Source: Phycisphaerales bacterium (GTDB lineage Bacteria > Planctomycetota > Phycisphaerae > WQYP01). From it: a stretch of 64,000 bases of DNA. Under the pieces are notes generated by a model that saw nothing but the letters and a program-made list of their open reading frames with translations, did no database searches and was not told the origin of the DNA. The position numbers and the translations under genes were made by a program. The stretch lies in the NCBI GenBank assembly GCA_027451365.1, contig DAIDJN010000070.1, positions 25,138 to 89,137 on the forward strand. The letters are read 5' to 3'. This document shows positions 1-10,109 of this stretch, in pieces (positions within the stretch are counted from its first letter, which is position 1; the number at the start of each line of letters is the position of its first letter).

Positions 1-355
1 GAAAGGCGGTGGTAAGAGTGCCCGGAATGGCGATGCGTTTGGTTTTAAGCTCTTCGGGCGTGAACGGCTTTTTGGAAACGATCATCGGCCCGTAGTTATC
101 GCCCATGGAACAGCCGCAGCCCATCAGGGCATATTTGTCCTTCACATAAGGATAGGCGTGGAGGCTGATGGCGGTAATTTCCAGTTCACCTTTCATGGCG
201 CGCGTGTTCAGGGTCTGAATATCCTGAAGGATGTGCTGGAACTCATACGGTCCGCCATCCATTTTTCCCGTGGCCAGGCCGTAAAACATGAATGCGTCAT
301 CCGGATCCGGTGAGTGGCCGAGTCTTAGTTTCATTTTTTCCGCCTTGTCCGCCAT
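1..355 (-). CDS. mqnD: MqnD/MqnA-family protein (futalosine menaquinone pathway, likely 1,4-dihydroxy-6-naphthoate synthase); 3' part lies outside the window
   Basis: Translated by hand (not in the ORF track): MADKAEKMKLRLGHSPDPDDAFMFYGLATGKM...DIQTLN...SMGDNYGP...IAIPGTLTTAF. HSPDPDDAFMF is the MqnD signature. Confidence 0.85.
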   Translation of the reverse strand, partial: MADKAEKMKLRLGHSPDPDDAFMFYGLATGKMDGGPYEFQHILQDIQTLNTRAMKGELEITAISLHAYPYVKDKYALMGCGCSMGDNYGPMIVSKKPFTPEELKTKRIAIPGTLTTAF

Positions 356-505
356 GGTCATCCTTTGTTCAGGGGCCGTTATCAAACGGAATATGATAGT
401 GGTTTGTCCGCCGGCAGGCGACAGGTCGGAAAAAACCAAAAAAAACGCCGCACGGTGTTACCCGTGCAGCGTCTTTTCAGGAAGGAGAATCGAATCGCCT
501 CCGGC

Positions 506-1657
506 TTACGCCGGCAGGGCCTGGGTTTGAGAAGGAACCGGGGTTTCGTCGTGACCATTTACCGCCGCAAGGGCGAAGCGCTGCACACAACCAGCCCACA
601 GAAGCACTCCGCAGGCGCTGATCAGCAGGAAGGCCCACATCAGGCCCACGCCAAACCATTGGGAATTCAGATTCGGATAAAATGCGCGGGACACCTGGGC
701 GCTGACCAGGAAGCCGACACCCAGAAGAAGGATTGCCGCACAGGCGGACAACGTCCGGGCTACGACACTAAGCGTGCGGCTGAAACCTTTCGCCGGTACA
801 AACAGCGCCAGCAGGGCTGAACCAAACGCGGCAAAAGCACCGACGGAAAACGCTATCGCCATATCGTGGCCATAAGTGGCGTTGACACCGAAGATGGCCC
901 GAAGGCCCACATCGTTCAGCGAGTCTATCGCGGGAACCGCCCAGAATATGGCGACCCCGGCGGCGGTCCAGATTTGCCAACGCGCCAGTTTTTCCGAACG
1001 CGGATGCAGCACATGAACCGCCAGAAGCGCGTTCATGGCGGCCAGAAGCAGGAAGCCGATCGTCGGCAGAATAATCATCGTTGCGCCAATCATGTTCTGC
1101 TGAACAACCGCCAGCAGCATGAGAGCCAAAATACTGAATGTCACGTTCAGCATCAGTCGCGAGCGCTTTTCACCGCGGAAAAATGGCAGCAGGCAAAAGC
1201 CGGCCGCGGCTGCGAACAATTCCCAGTTGTGCAAAACGCCCGGCACCGCGTAGGCTAGCGAACCGGCATGAAGCTTGGGCCACCAGTTGGTCGGACCATT
1301 TTGCGCCGGCATGAACAGGCTTGCCGCCATGAGCACAAGGCACGCAGCCTGCGCCAGCACGGTTGTGCCGATTTCCAAAGGCAGCGTAAGTCCGCTGGCG
1401 CGCGCCGGGCGTATGGTGTCGGCTTGAACCGCTTCCGATGTGGTGGTGGCCGGCATTTGAGCAACCGGTGTTGGCGGGGAAATAATTTCCGTTTCGCCAT
1501 TCTTCATGGAAATTCGAATGACTGGCGACGTTCCGGAAACCGCGTCTGGCCTGGTGAAGCGCGCATCGGTCCCCGCGCTGACTGCCGCGTCGGTTTCTGA
1601 CTTGATTCGCCACTGTAACTTCGATCCCTGCATACCGGTTGTTTTGGTGCGGCTCAT
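506..1657 (-). CDS. Hypothetical polytopic membrane protein with a low-complexity N-terminus
   Basis: 383-aa ORF with about 8 hydrophobic segments after a ~90-aa polar leader. Confidence 0.7.
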   Translation of the reverse strand: MSRTKTTGMQGSKLQWRIKSETDAAVSAGTDARFTRPDAVSGTSPVIRISMKNGETEIISPPTPVAQMPATTTSEAVQADTIRPARASGLTLPLEIGTTVLAQAACLVLMAASLFMPAQNGPTNWWPKLHAGSLAYAVPGVLHNWELFAAAAGFCLLPFFRGEKRSRLMLNVTFSILALMLLAVVQQNMIGATMIILPTIGFLLLAAMNALLAVHVLHPRSEKLARWQIWTAAGVAIFWAVPAIDSLNDVGLRAIFGVNATYGHDMAIAFSVGAFAAFGSALLALFVPAKGFSRTLSVVARTLSACAAILLLGVGFLVSAQVSRAFYPNLNSQWFGVGLMWAFLLISACGVLLWAGCVQRFALAAVNGHDETPVPSQTQALPA

Positions 1658-1970
1658 GGTAAACCAACCTTTCTTCTTGCCGCCCGCGCAGTCTCTTTCC
1701 TGGACACCGTGAAAGAACGCTCAGGCACAGGCAAAACTATCGGCAGGAAGTCGAGAAGTCTTGGGACCATGTTGTAATTTTTCACTTGAATTTTCAGTGT
1801 TCCGATAAACGTGCGCCTGCCGCCTAAAAGGGGCCGCGTCCTAGAATTAAATCAGACAGGTTCGTTTGTGCGCAATGTTTTTGTCTTTCTTGCCGCCACA
1901 ATCTGGCAAGGTTTCAGCTTGCGCCTTACGATGGTCAGCGGCATTACAGTTCGTTTGGAAAGCGTCCGGC

Positions 1971-3167
1971 ATGTATTTACAAACCAACATACCCGCGGTT
2001 AATTCATCTGATGATTCCGTGATTCTGATAGCGCTGATGAGCGGCACCAGCGTGGACTCCATAGATGGTGTTCTGGTGGAAATCTGCGGAAATTTACCGG
2101 ACGTGGCGGTAAAAGTCCTCTATATCGCCGAGCGCCAATGGCCTCGGGAATTGCGCGCCCGGTTGCTCGGTGCGATGGCGCCGGCGGTTGTGCCCACCGC
2201 GGAAATCTGTGATTTGAACATTCTTGTCGCGCGGGAATTTGCCGCGCTGGCCAACAATATCGCGAATTCCGGCCCGCTTCGCCGGGACCAAATTACCGCT
2301 ATTGCCAGCCATGGACAGACCCTTTGTCATCTGCCGCCGAATTCCAATCGCCCTGTCGGAAGCACACTCCAGATCGGTGATATTGCCACCATCGCACAAC
2401 TCACCGGTCTTGCGACTGTTGGAAATTTCCGCACCGCCGATATGGCCGTGGGCGGCCAGGGAGCTCCCCTCGTGCCGTTTGCCGACCGTATTCTGCTTTC
2501 CGACGCTGCACGATTCCGCTGCATTCAGAACATCGGCGGCATTGCCAATGTCACCTTTCTGCCGCCGCGCAACGCGCCTGATTCACCCGTCATGGCTTTT
2601 GATACCGGTCCGGGGAATATGCTGCTTGATGCGCTTGCGTCCATTTTGTCCGAAGAAACCAGAACCTTTGATGATCAGGGCCAATGGGCGGCTTCAGGAA
2701 ATGTGGATGCTGCGCTTCTGGTAAAACTGCAGGCCCATCGGTTTTTTTCAATGTCGCCGCCCAAAAGCACCGGCCGCGAAGATTTTGGCCGCCAGCTTGC
2801 CCTTCAGTTAACGGCCGAATATCCCGCAGTGCCCCCGGAAAATCTGTTGGCCACGGCCGCCGAACTGACCGCCTGGAGCATTGCTGATGCCTATCGCCGG
2901 TTTCTGCCGCGGTTCCCGGACGAGGTCATTCTGTGCGGTGGCGGAATGTATAACGATGATCTGGTGGGACGCCTCAATCGGCATCTGTTTCCAGCCCGAA
3001 ACGCGGCGCTGCAATTCATTGATTCCTTTGGCATTCCAAACAAGGCGCGGGAAGCGGTCTGTTTTGCAATTCTTGGCTGGGCGTGGTTGCGGAATTGTCC
3101 GGGGAATTTGCCGGAAGTTACCGGCGCAGTCAGACCGGTCCTTTGCGGACAATACGCCCGTCCCTGA
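1971..3167 (+). CDS. anmK: Anhydro-N-acetylmuramic acid kinase
   Basis: Motifs LMSGTSVDSID, SHGQT, TLQIGD, GGQGAPLVP, NIGGIANVT, FDTGPGN and PKSTGRE. Start at ATG 1971 is approximate. Confidence 0.93.
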   Translation: MYLQTNIPAVNSSDDSVILIALMSGTSVDSIDGVLVEICGNLPDVAVKVLYIAERQWPRELRARLLGAMAPAVVPTAEICDLNILVAREFAALANNIANSGPLRRDQITAIASHGQTLCHLPPNSNRPVGSTLQIGDIATIAQLTGLATVGNFRTADMAVGGQGAPLVPFADRILLSDAARFRCIQNIGGIANVTFLPPRNAPDSPVMAFDTGPGNMLLDALASILSEETRTFDDQGQWAASGNVDAALLVKLQAHRFFSMSPPKSTGREDFGRQLALQLTAEYPAVPPENLLATAAELTAWSIADAYRRFLPRFPDEVILCGGGMYNDDLVGRLNRHLFPARNAALQFIDSFGIPNKAREAVCFAILGWAWLRNCPGNLPEVTGAVRPVLCGQYARP

Positions 3168-3418
3168 CACAGGCCAGACCAGCGTCAGCGGTCCGGCGAG
3201 CCACATCATGTTGTCGGCCCGGTAGCTTCTACATCGTGCGTGGGTTAAGCTATTCCAGCTGTCCGGGTGCCGCGCCTGCTGGCATTGCCTGCAAAATGGA
3301 AACGGGCTTCCGGCAAAACTAAAATGGGGCCGCGTCCCCAAGGGACATAGGGCCGCATTGCCTGGACTTTTATTGAGGTATTCGCGGCTTTTCCTGATTT
3401 ATCAACTGTGTGCAGTAT

Positions 3419-4621
3419 ATGGTCCAACGCAAATCGGCAAACCCGCCCGCCCAGAAACCGGAATTTCATCTTCTGCTCAACGGCCTGTCCATGGGCGGCG
3501 GCGGCGGATATACGGTGGGGCTGCAGCTTTTTTTGAATATTGCCCGCCTGCGGCCGCAGTGGAAGGTGACCATGGCGGTAATCGCCGGCCATCCGCTTCA
3601 TCAGGAAATTGTGAACGAAACTCTGGAGCCGAATTGCCAGGTGCACTGGGCGCCGGCAACGGCCCGTGGCCAACTGGCGCGCAGCCGCTACGAATCGGGC
3701 GAATTTACCCGCTGGATGAAAAGCCAGCAGGTGGATTTTATTTTGCAGTTAAACGGCATGATTATCCCTGGAGTCTCTATTCCAACGCTGGCCCACTGCC
3801 AGGACCCATGGCCCTACCGGCCGGAGGCGTGGAATCGACCGCAGGATAGAGTAATCGCCTTTTTCAAACGCCGGGCCAATCGGCTGGCGTTTCGGCAAGC
3901 CGCGATCGTCGGATGGACCAGCCATTATTTGCGGGACCTGATGTGCGCGCGACTCGGCCTGACGCCGCGGCACGGCGCGGTGTTTTATAACGGTGTGGCA
4001 ACCGAATGGCTGGACCGCGCCGCGGCACCGCTTCCATCCTGGACCCATCGGCCTCTGGAAATCACAACCGTGGGCAACGTGGCCATGTACAAGCAGCAGG
4101 ACATGGTCATTCGTGCGCTGGCGGACTTGCGAAAACAACCGGGCCTGGAAAAGCTTATTTATCGGATTGCTGGTGAATGTCCCGCGGATCTTGCCAGTCA
4201 TCTGGCGGGTCTGGCACATTCGCTGGGTATTGGCGATGCCGTGGTTATGGAGGGTCGCGTGAGCCGCGAAAGGATTGCCGCAATCTTCGGCCAAGCCCGC
4301 TGTTTTGTCCTGATGAGCAAATGTGAATCCTTCGGTTTGCCGGCGGTGGAAGCGATGACCTTCGGCACGCCTGCGGTGGTGGCCGACTGCTGCGCACTGC
4401 CGGAAGTATGCGGCACCGCGGCAAGTAAAGTTTCCGCCACGGATTTGCCGGGGCTGGTGCGGGCCATTACCGACGTTTTGCAAAATCCGGCGGCGGCGGA
4501 AAATATGAGGCAACTCGGTGCGGAAAATGTCCTGCGCTTCGGCTGGAGCGCCACCGCACAGGCGATGATTGATTCGATGGAAGCCTGTCTTGCCCGACGT
4601 GCCAACCCGGGTCCCGACTGA
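3419..4621 (+). CDS. Glycosyltransferase family 4 (GT-B fold)
   Basis: C-terminal ESFGLPAVEAMTFGTPAV (E-x7-E) motif, plus YNGV and YKQQD. Confidence 0.88.
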   Translation: MVQRKSANPPAQKPEFHLLLNGLSMGGGGGYTVGLQLFLNIARLRPQWKVTMAVIAGHPLHQEIVNETLEPNCQVHWAPATARGQLARSRYESGEFTRWMKSQQVDFILQLNGMIIPGVSIPTLAHCQDPWPYRPEAWNRPQDRVIAFFKRRANRLAFRQAAIVGWTSHYLRDLMCARLGLTPRHGAVFYNGVATEWLDRAAAPLPSWTHRPLEITTVGNVAMYKQQDMVIRALADLRKQPGLEKLIYRIAGECPADLASHLAGLAHSLGIGDAVVMEGRVSRERIAAIFGQARCFVLMSKCESFGLPAVEAMTFGTPAVVADCCALPEVCGTAASKVSATDLPGLVRAITDVLQNPAAAENMRQLGAENVLRFGWSATAQAMIDSMEACLARRANPGPD

Positions 4622-4867
4622 TTTTGCCACAAAATCGGCTGTTTGTCGGGGTTTCCGACCATCGCCATATATCACCAACCGCCGCGCAGTGTATAACTCG
4701 CGTTGCCGTGTCCAGCCGCAAATTTGAATGCTTAACGTGTGACGATTTTCATTCCGGCTTTGTTCGCATCATCGATCGCAAGCGCGACCGCCGCGACAGA
4801 TACGTTTTCCCGAATTGGGGCCGGTGCGCCATCTGAGCAACCGACTGTCGGCAGCACGTTGAAATAT

Positions 4868-6163
4868 TCAGCCCTGCTCTGCGCCGGCGCTTTGTTGTCG
4901 GCGGATACGCTCCTGGCGGATCAATTCATGAAGTTTCGGCAGCATTTTGGTTAATTCCGCGGCAGCTTTGGAATCAGGATATGTGTCGATCATTTTTTCC
5001 GCCACAGCCAGACATTCCTCGTAACGGTGGCGGTTAAGCAGGTCTTTGAATTCAACTTCCATTTCCTGGCGGTCCTGGGCGTCAGCATTGTTCCGCAACG
5101 TGGTCAGTTCCACACGAATGCGTTCAATGGCCTTTTCTTCCGGATAGCGTTCCACAAGCTGCTGGGCAATCAGGCAGGCCTGACGCCAGCGCCGATGATC
5201 GGCGGCCTCGTGGAAATCGGACAGCAGCCGCTGCAATTCCTCAGCGCGCCAGGACTGCTGTTCGCGCCGGACGCTGCGCACCAGGTCTTCCACCTGCGGT
5301 TCGCCGGGGTATGCCAATTCGAGTTTGCCCACAATTTCCTCCACACGATCCCAGGCATTAATGCTCATGAACTGGCGCAGGTCGGCTTGCACAGCCTCAA
5401 TATCCGATCGAACGCGATTAGCGCGGGCGGCGGAAAGCTGAGCCTCCAACTCGGTCGCCTGCGGATCACCAGGGAGTGCCGAACGGAATTTTTCCAGCAC
5501 GGCGGACGCCGCACTCCATTGCTGACGATTGATAAATTGGCGGATATCAGCGGTGAATGCGTCGCGGCGCTGCTGATGCAGCTGGGCGGCGCGCTCCAGC
5601 CGCTGGGCCTCGGTCATCAGCGCCAGGTCCCGGATCTGGGTCAGCAGGTGAATAAGTTCGGTGCTGTTGGTCGCGTCGATGGCGGCGGTCAGGGCCGTGG
5701 CGGCGGTGACCGGTTCAGGTTCGTTAAAGGCAGGGTTCGCCGTCGGCCCGGCGGTCGGTATGTTGGCCGTCCGTTGTTCCAGCAGTGTGGTGCGCACGCT
5801 GGACATGGTTTGCTGAAGATATTCTATGACCACACGCGTCTGCTCAGTTGATTTGAACGCTGCCCGCTGCAAGCGCAATGCATTAAGCTGGCCTTTGACG
5901 ATGGCCGCTAGACCGATGAGAATCGCCGGCAGGGCAACGGCACTGATAAAAATGCCCGCCGGAAGCGGCCACGCTTGGGCCACAGCCACACCGGTCTTTC
6001 GCTCCAGGAAGAATAAAAGAATGGAAAAACCGCAGCCGCCCACGAAATAAACGACCGCAAGCAGCAACAACAGAGCGCGGGCGGTGGTCATATCGGACGT
6101 GGTAACCGGCGCGCCGGCTCCAGCTGAAGCATGGGTAAATTCTGGCAAAGAATCCGCTGGCAT
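4868..6163 (-). CDS. Hypothetical protein with two N-terminal TM helices and a helical repeat/coiled-coil domain
   Basis: Two hydrophobic helices, then recurring TPR-like helical hairpins ending in ...YP. Confidence 0.7.
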   Translation of the reverse strand: MPADSLPEFTHASAGAGAPVTTSDMTTARALLLLLAVVYFVGGCGFSILLFFLERKTGVAVAQAWPLPAGIFISAVALPAILIGLAAIVKGQLNALRLQRAAFKSTEQTRVVIEYLQQTMSSVRTTLLEQRTANIPTAGPTANPAFNEPEPVTAATALTAAIDATNSTELIHLLTQIRDLALMTEAQRLERAAQLHQQRRDAFTADIRQFINRQQWSAASAVLEKFRSALPGDPQATELEAQLSAARANRVRSDIEAVQADLRQFMSINAWDRVEEIVGKLELAYPGEPQVEDLVRSVRREQQSWRAEELQRLLSDFHEAADHRRWRQACLIAQQLVERYPEEKAIERIRVELTTLRNNADAQDRQEMEVEFKDLLNRHRYEECLAVAEKMIDTYPDSKAAAELTKMLPKLHELIRQERIRRQQSAGAEQG

Positions 6164-6301
6164 GGATAACCTCCGTCAGGAAAAGAATTCGTCCGCCGCG
6201 CCCCACCAGTGGCCGGCAATTTAAGGCCAATAATAAGCGCACCGTTACGGTGTCAGTGTAAGGCTTCGCGGCCACTTGTGACCGACCAAAGTCTGCGGGC
6301 T

Positions 6302-6574
6302 TCAGGAATCCGGTTTCTGGACCGGATTACCAGCATCAAGACCGATATCCGTTGGTTCGGCCGTCAGTTTGCCATCTCGCGCGGTCAGCATCTCAATCCG
6401 CTTTTCGGCATTGTCAAGAATTTCACGGCAACGATTGACCAGTTCCATTCCCTTTTCGTACATGGTCAGGCTGTCCTCCAGTCCGACCTTGCCGGAGGCA
6501 ATTTCAGCCACAATCTGGTCCAATTTGGCCATCGCTTCTTCAAAGGTGGGTTGTTTGTCTTCTTTTTTTGCCAT
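6302..6574 (-). CDS. xseB: Exodeoxyribonuclease VII small subunit
   Basis: TFEEAMAKLDQIV...LEDSLTMYEKGMELVNRCREILDNAEKRIEML. Start ATG 6574 follows GGCGAC. Confidence 0.93.
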   Translation of the reverse strand: MAKKEDKQPTFEEAMAKLDQIVAEIASGKVGLEDSLTMYEKGMELVNRCREILDNAEKRIEMLTARDGKLTAEPTDIGLDAGNPVQKPDS

Positions 6575-6719
6575 CTTTATGTCGCCGCCATGGAAATCAT
6601 TCACCGGTTGCAAGCCGAATACCATCGGCCACCGGTTCGCGTATCGCATGGAATTATATCGGCTGGAAGCGGGTTTGGGATAGGGCAACGCGCATATTTC
6701 CAGTCGGACGAATGGGGGA

Positions 6720-7475
6720 TCATCGCCGAAGGTGCTTAAGCACATAGTCCCGCAGGGCAATCGCAAGGCCTACACGGGGCACGCAGCGCTGTTCAAAATC
6801 GTCAATTAGCCAGGCTTGCGGCTCCGGCCCGCGAACCATTTCCAGGGTGTTGGCCACGATCAGGTCCGCATTGCTGGCCAGCCGACTGCGGTTGGCTGTT
6901 TTCAGCAATTCATTCTGGGTCATATCCACTTCCAGTTTGAATTTCACCAGCAGGCCGCCGAATGCCCATTCGCTCCGAAACAGGTCGATGATCTTTTCGG
7001 TTGGAACGCCGCGGAAGGCGATCTGTTTATGTTCGCTCCTGATTTTCGCGCGGTCTATCCTTCTGACAATCCAATGATATTCCGGTGCCACTGCGCCTTG
7101 AATTTCCCAAGAGGAAAGAACTTCAAACGCTCCGTCGGGACGGTAATCGCTGACGGCCGCGGTCATAATGGCCGCGCCGTATGCGGTATCGGATACCAGT
7201 CGCGAAAGCAGGTCCAGAAGTTGCTGATGGGTTTCAAATCCGATGGCGGCGCTTTGGTCATCTCCGGCGGCCCCGACGGCGGCCTGAAATTGCCGGCGAT
7301 GGTCGGAATTGCTGGAAACCAGTGTGACATGGGCGGCAGGCAGCAGAGCCATGGCGATGTCCAGCCCTGTCTGGCCAGTGAAAATATTCATCCAGCAGCG
7401 GACCTGGTCGATCATTTCACGAGTTGTGCCCGCAGTGATTAAAACGCGAGGTTTTTGTGTGGCCGATATAGTCAT
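6720..7475 (-). CDS. Stand-alone CoaB-like (DFP domain) phosphopantothenate-cysteine ligase
   Basis: VLITAGTTREMIDQVR..NIFTGQTG, AAVSDY, KFKLE and DLIVAN. Confidence 0.8.
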   Translation of the reverse strand: MTISATQKPRVLITAGTTREMIDQVRCWMNIFTGQTGLDIAMALLPAAHVTLVSSNSDHRRQFQAAVGAAGDDQSAAIGFETHQQLLDLLSRLVSDTAYGAAIMTAAVSDYRPDGAFEVLSSWEIQGAVAPEYHWIVRRIDRAKIRSEHKQIAFRGVPTEKIIDLFRSEWAFGGLLVKFKLEVDMTQNELLKTANRSRLASNADLIVANTLEMVRGPEPQAWLIDDFEQRCVPRVGLAIALRDYVLKHLRR

Positions 7476-7665
7476 GGTGCTATGCTAATGCGGCGCAGGC
7501 GGTTGGCAAGTGCGGGGAATGGGTGAAGCTCAACCGTTGGACCCATAAAGATTGTATCGACTGCGCAGATTGCAAATTTTGGATCGCGGATGGTGTAATT
7601 TATTCAGACCCGGTCCGGGATTCTATTGGCGGCCTTAGCGACACAATTCGCGATGGCGGCGCGTG

Positions 7666-7968
7666 TCAGCCACGTTCCGGCTGGTGGCGCGGATGAAGTT
7701 CAGATACAAAGCCCGTCCATTGGGCGTCCATGCTATTGGATCGGTGAATAGCGGGGCCGACTTCAACCCGGCGCACTTCGGCGGCTTTAAGCCCTTTGGG
7801 GCCGGGACAGGCCTGATACTCCACCATATCCCCTTCCTTAAGCGACCGATATCCTTCCGCCAGAATATCCGTATGGTGGACGAAAATGTCCCCGAGCTGG
7901 TCTCCTTCTATAAAGCCGAAGCCCTTCTGATTATTAAACCATTTGACGCGGCCGATTTTGGTTTCCAT
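7666..7968 (-). CDS. Cold-shock domain protein with a C-terminal extension
   Basis: GRVKWFNNQKGFGFI (RNP1), DIFVH (RNP2) and GPKGLKA. GAGG RBS lies before ATG 7968. Confidence 0.92.
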   Translation of the reverse strand: METKIGRVKWFNNQKGFGFIEGDQLGDIFVHHTDILAEGYRSLKEGDMVEYQACPGPKGLKAAEVRRVEVGPAIHRSNSMDAQWTGFVSELHPRHQPERG

Positions 7969-8360
7969 GGTGCACCTCAGGAAAACTTTTATTTCGACTC
8001 TGTGGCTCTCGCAACTTCCGGTGCCATCCAAACAGGTTTTTCGCCTTCATGTCATTGGACTGGAGGCGAACTTAGCGCCGGGAAATGCAAGAGCAATCTG
8101 ACGTAAATATGCACGAGGATCGAAGTAAAGTCAAAAATGGCCGAAAATTTTGCGGGAATTGGCGTATAATCGTTGATGCCCACGTGTACCGATAACGCTC
8201 TGCCGAGGGCGTCAGCAGGGCAAAAACGTTGAAGAATTTGCGAGAATTTTCGGTCATGCCATGCCCTATAAGAGCGTCAATGACCCAAGGTGGACGCTGA
8301 ATAAACGCGCGAATTCACGCAGTCGCGAATTCCGGCTGGACGTCAATTTGAATTCAGTCG

Positions 8361-8386
8361 TGAAGTGTTCCATAATTGGCCGATAG
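8361..8386 (+). promoter_or_regulatory. Possible sigma-28 (FliA/WhiG)-type promoter upstream of the GGDEF gene
   Basis: TGAAG-N13-GCCGATAG resembles the sigma-28 consensus (TAAA/TCAAG...GCCGATAA). Confidence 0.35.
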
Positions 8387-8824
8387 ATAAACAGGTCGTG
8401 TTCCTCCGCAGGACGCGGTGGTGTTCGCGTGCAAGTCTTGGTATTGATTCAGCCAATCCGCTGAATCATCGGCTGTATGTCTGCGGAGCGCGCTTTGCGA
8501 AATGCCCGAATGCATTGGGATGCAGGGCGTTTAACACATCGCGGACTTATCGGTCATTATGAAACAATGGTCGGCAGTTGGCGTTGAAGCGTATGATGGA
8601 CCGTAAAAGCAACTGGCCGCTGAAATTCCGCCAGCAAGGTCTTTTCATACGACCGGTTTCATGAGAGAATACGTATGTATTCTAAGGAACGCTGCTCCGA
8701 TTGAGCTGGTAACGGATTTCCACTCCAGGGTTTGAACAGCATGGAAGCAAAAGCGATAAAATATCCGCGAAAGGAAGCAACATCGCGGACCAGCGAGCAA
8801 TGGTCCACGAGAGAGAGGTGCATT

Positions 8825-10012
8825 GTGACAGGTTATAATCCATTTGATCCCCCGGGCCGCCCCGAATCGGTACCCGGGGCGGACATTTTCCGTCGTCCAG
8901 GAGGTTCTCCCGAAATTTCCCGAGCGGCCGCTGAAGGCGTGCCGTTTGAAGGCACCCGACCCCCTGCTGGCAAAGGCGGGCGAGCCGGCCGCACACCTGC
9001 GGCCAAACCCGCTCAACCGGCCGACGAGTCGCTCCCCGTGGCGGAATCTGTTGCGGCGGCTGGCGGCGCACCTGCTGAACAGGAAATGGTCTCCGATGCC
9101 GACGCGGCCGCGAATTTAGAATCCCCGACGCTGAAACTTCCCGCCTCCGCCCAGATGCGCATGGTGGAGGAAATCCTGCGCGGTGCCAACGCGGCCACCA
9201 CCGGCCTGATGCTGTTGCAGGAAAACCTGCGGTGGCCGGGAGTCCTGCGTTTTGAACCTACAACCGGTCCGGAAGGTCCTTCACTGGAGTCTGCATCTTC
9301 GGTGGCTGTGCGGCTGACTGCCGGTGAACATAATTTCGGTAACCTGGTGCTGGATAGCGCTTCGGCGAGTTCGCGAGTGCTTGAACAACTGCGGCAATGC
9401 GGGCTGTGGCTGTCTGCTATGTTGGCCTTGGCGCGGCAGCATCATACCTTGCGCCGACTGGCGGACACAGATGAATTGTCCGGAGCGTTTAATCGGCGTT
9501 ACTTCAGCGAAATGGTGCCGCGGCTTCTGGAAAAGGCCCGGAAGGAACGGTTCTGCGTCACAATTCTGCTTTTTGATATTGATGATTTCAAGCAATACAA
9601 CGATCAGTTCGGCCACGCCGCCGGCGATGCAATTATCCGGGAAGTCATTGGACTATTGCGACATTGCACGCGCAATCAGGACTTGGTTGCACGAATCGGC
9701 GGCGATGAATTCGCCGTGGTGTTCTGGGACCAGGGGGTCTTGCGCCAGCCGGATTCCCAGCATCCGCGCAGCGTGCTGAACATTGCCCAGCGGTTCCGCA
9801 AAGCGGTGGCGGAACACCCCTGGAACGCGGATGGCGGCCCGATTGCCGGGCGGTTAAGCATCAGTGGCGGATTGGCCACTTTCCCATGGGATGCGTCCAA
9901 TCTCGAACAGCTTATGGCCGTCGCCGACGGTGAACTGCTGCGGGCCAAATCTATGGGCAAAAATGCAATTGTGCTGGCCGGCCCCGGTGAGACACCGGAA
10001 GAGGAATCCTGA
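8825..10012 (+). CDS. Diguanylate cyclase (GGDEF domain)
   Basis: TDELSGAFNRRYF, DIDDFKQYNDQFGHAAGD, and RNQD-x5-GGDEF (intact A-site and I-site). GTG 8825 follows GAGAGG. Confidence 0.92.
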   Translation: MTGYNPFDPPGRPESVPGADIFRRPGGSPEISRAAAEGVPFEGTRPPAGKGGRAGRTPAAKPAQPADESLPVAESVAAAGGAPAEQEMVSDADAAANLESPTLKLPASAQMRMVEEILRGANAATTGLMLLQENLRWPGVLRFEPTTGPEGPSLESASSVAVRLTAGEHNFGNLVLDSASASSRVLEQLRQCGLWLSAMLALARQHHTLRRLADTDELSGAFNRRYFSEMVPRLLEKARKERFCVTILLFDIDDFKQYNDQFGHAAGDAIIREVIGLLRHCTRNQDLVARIGGDEFAVVFWDQGVLRQPDSQHPRSVLNIAQRFRKAVAEHPWNADGGPIAGRLSISGGLATFPWDASNLEQLMAVADGELLRAKSMGKNAIVLAGPGETPEEES

Positions 10013-10109
10013 TACCCCTTCAGCGACCACACCGATCCGCATAAGCCCGATGCCCAGGGGCCCAAGGCCGTGGCTGATGCACATGACGGGCGATTGGCTG
10101 TCGATCGGG

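Noticed and set aside
8210..8260. c-di-GMP-I riboswitch upstream of the GGDEF gene
   Set aside because: GGCAAA is present, but the GNRA stem, GACGCAAA and P3 elements are absent.
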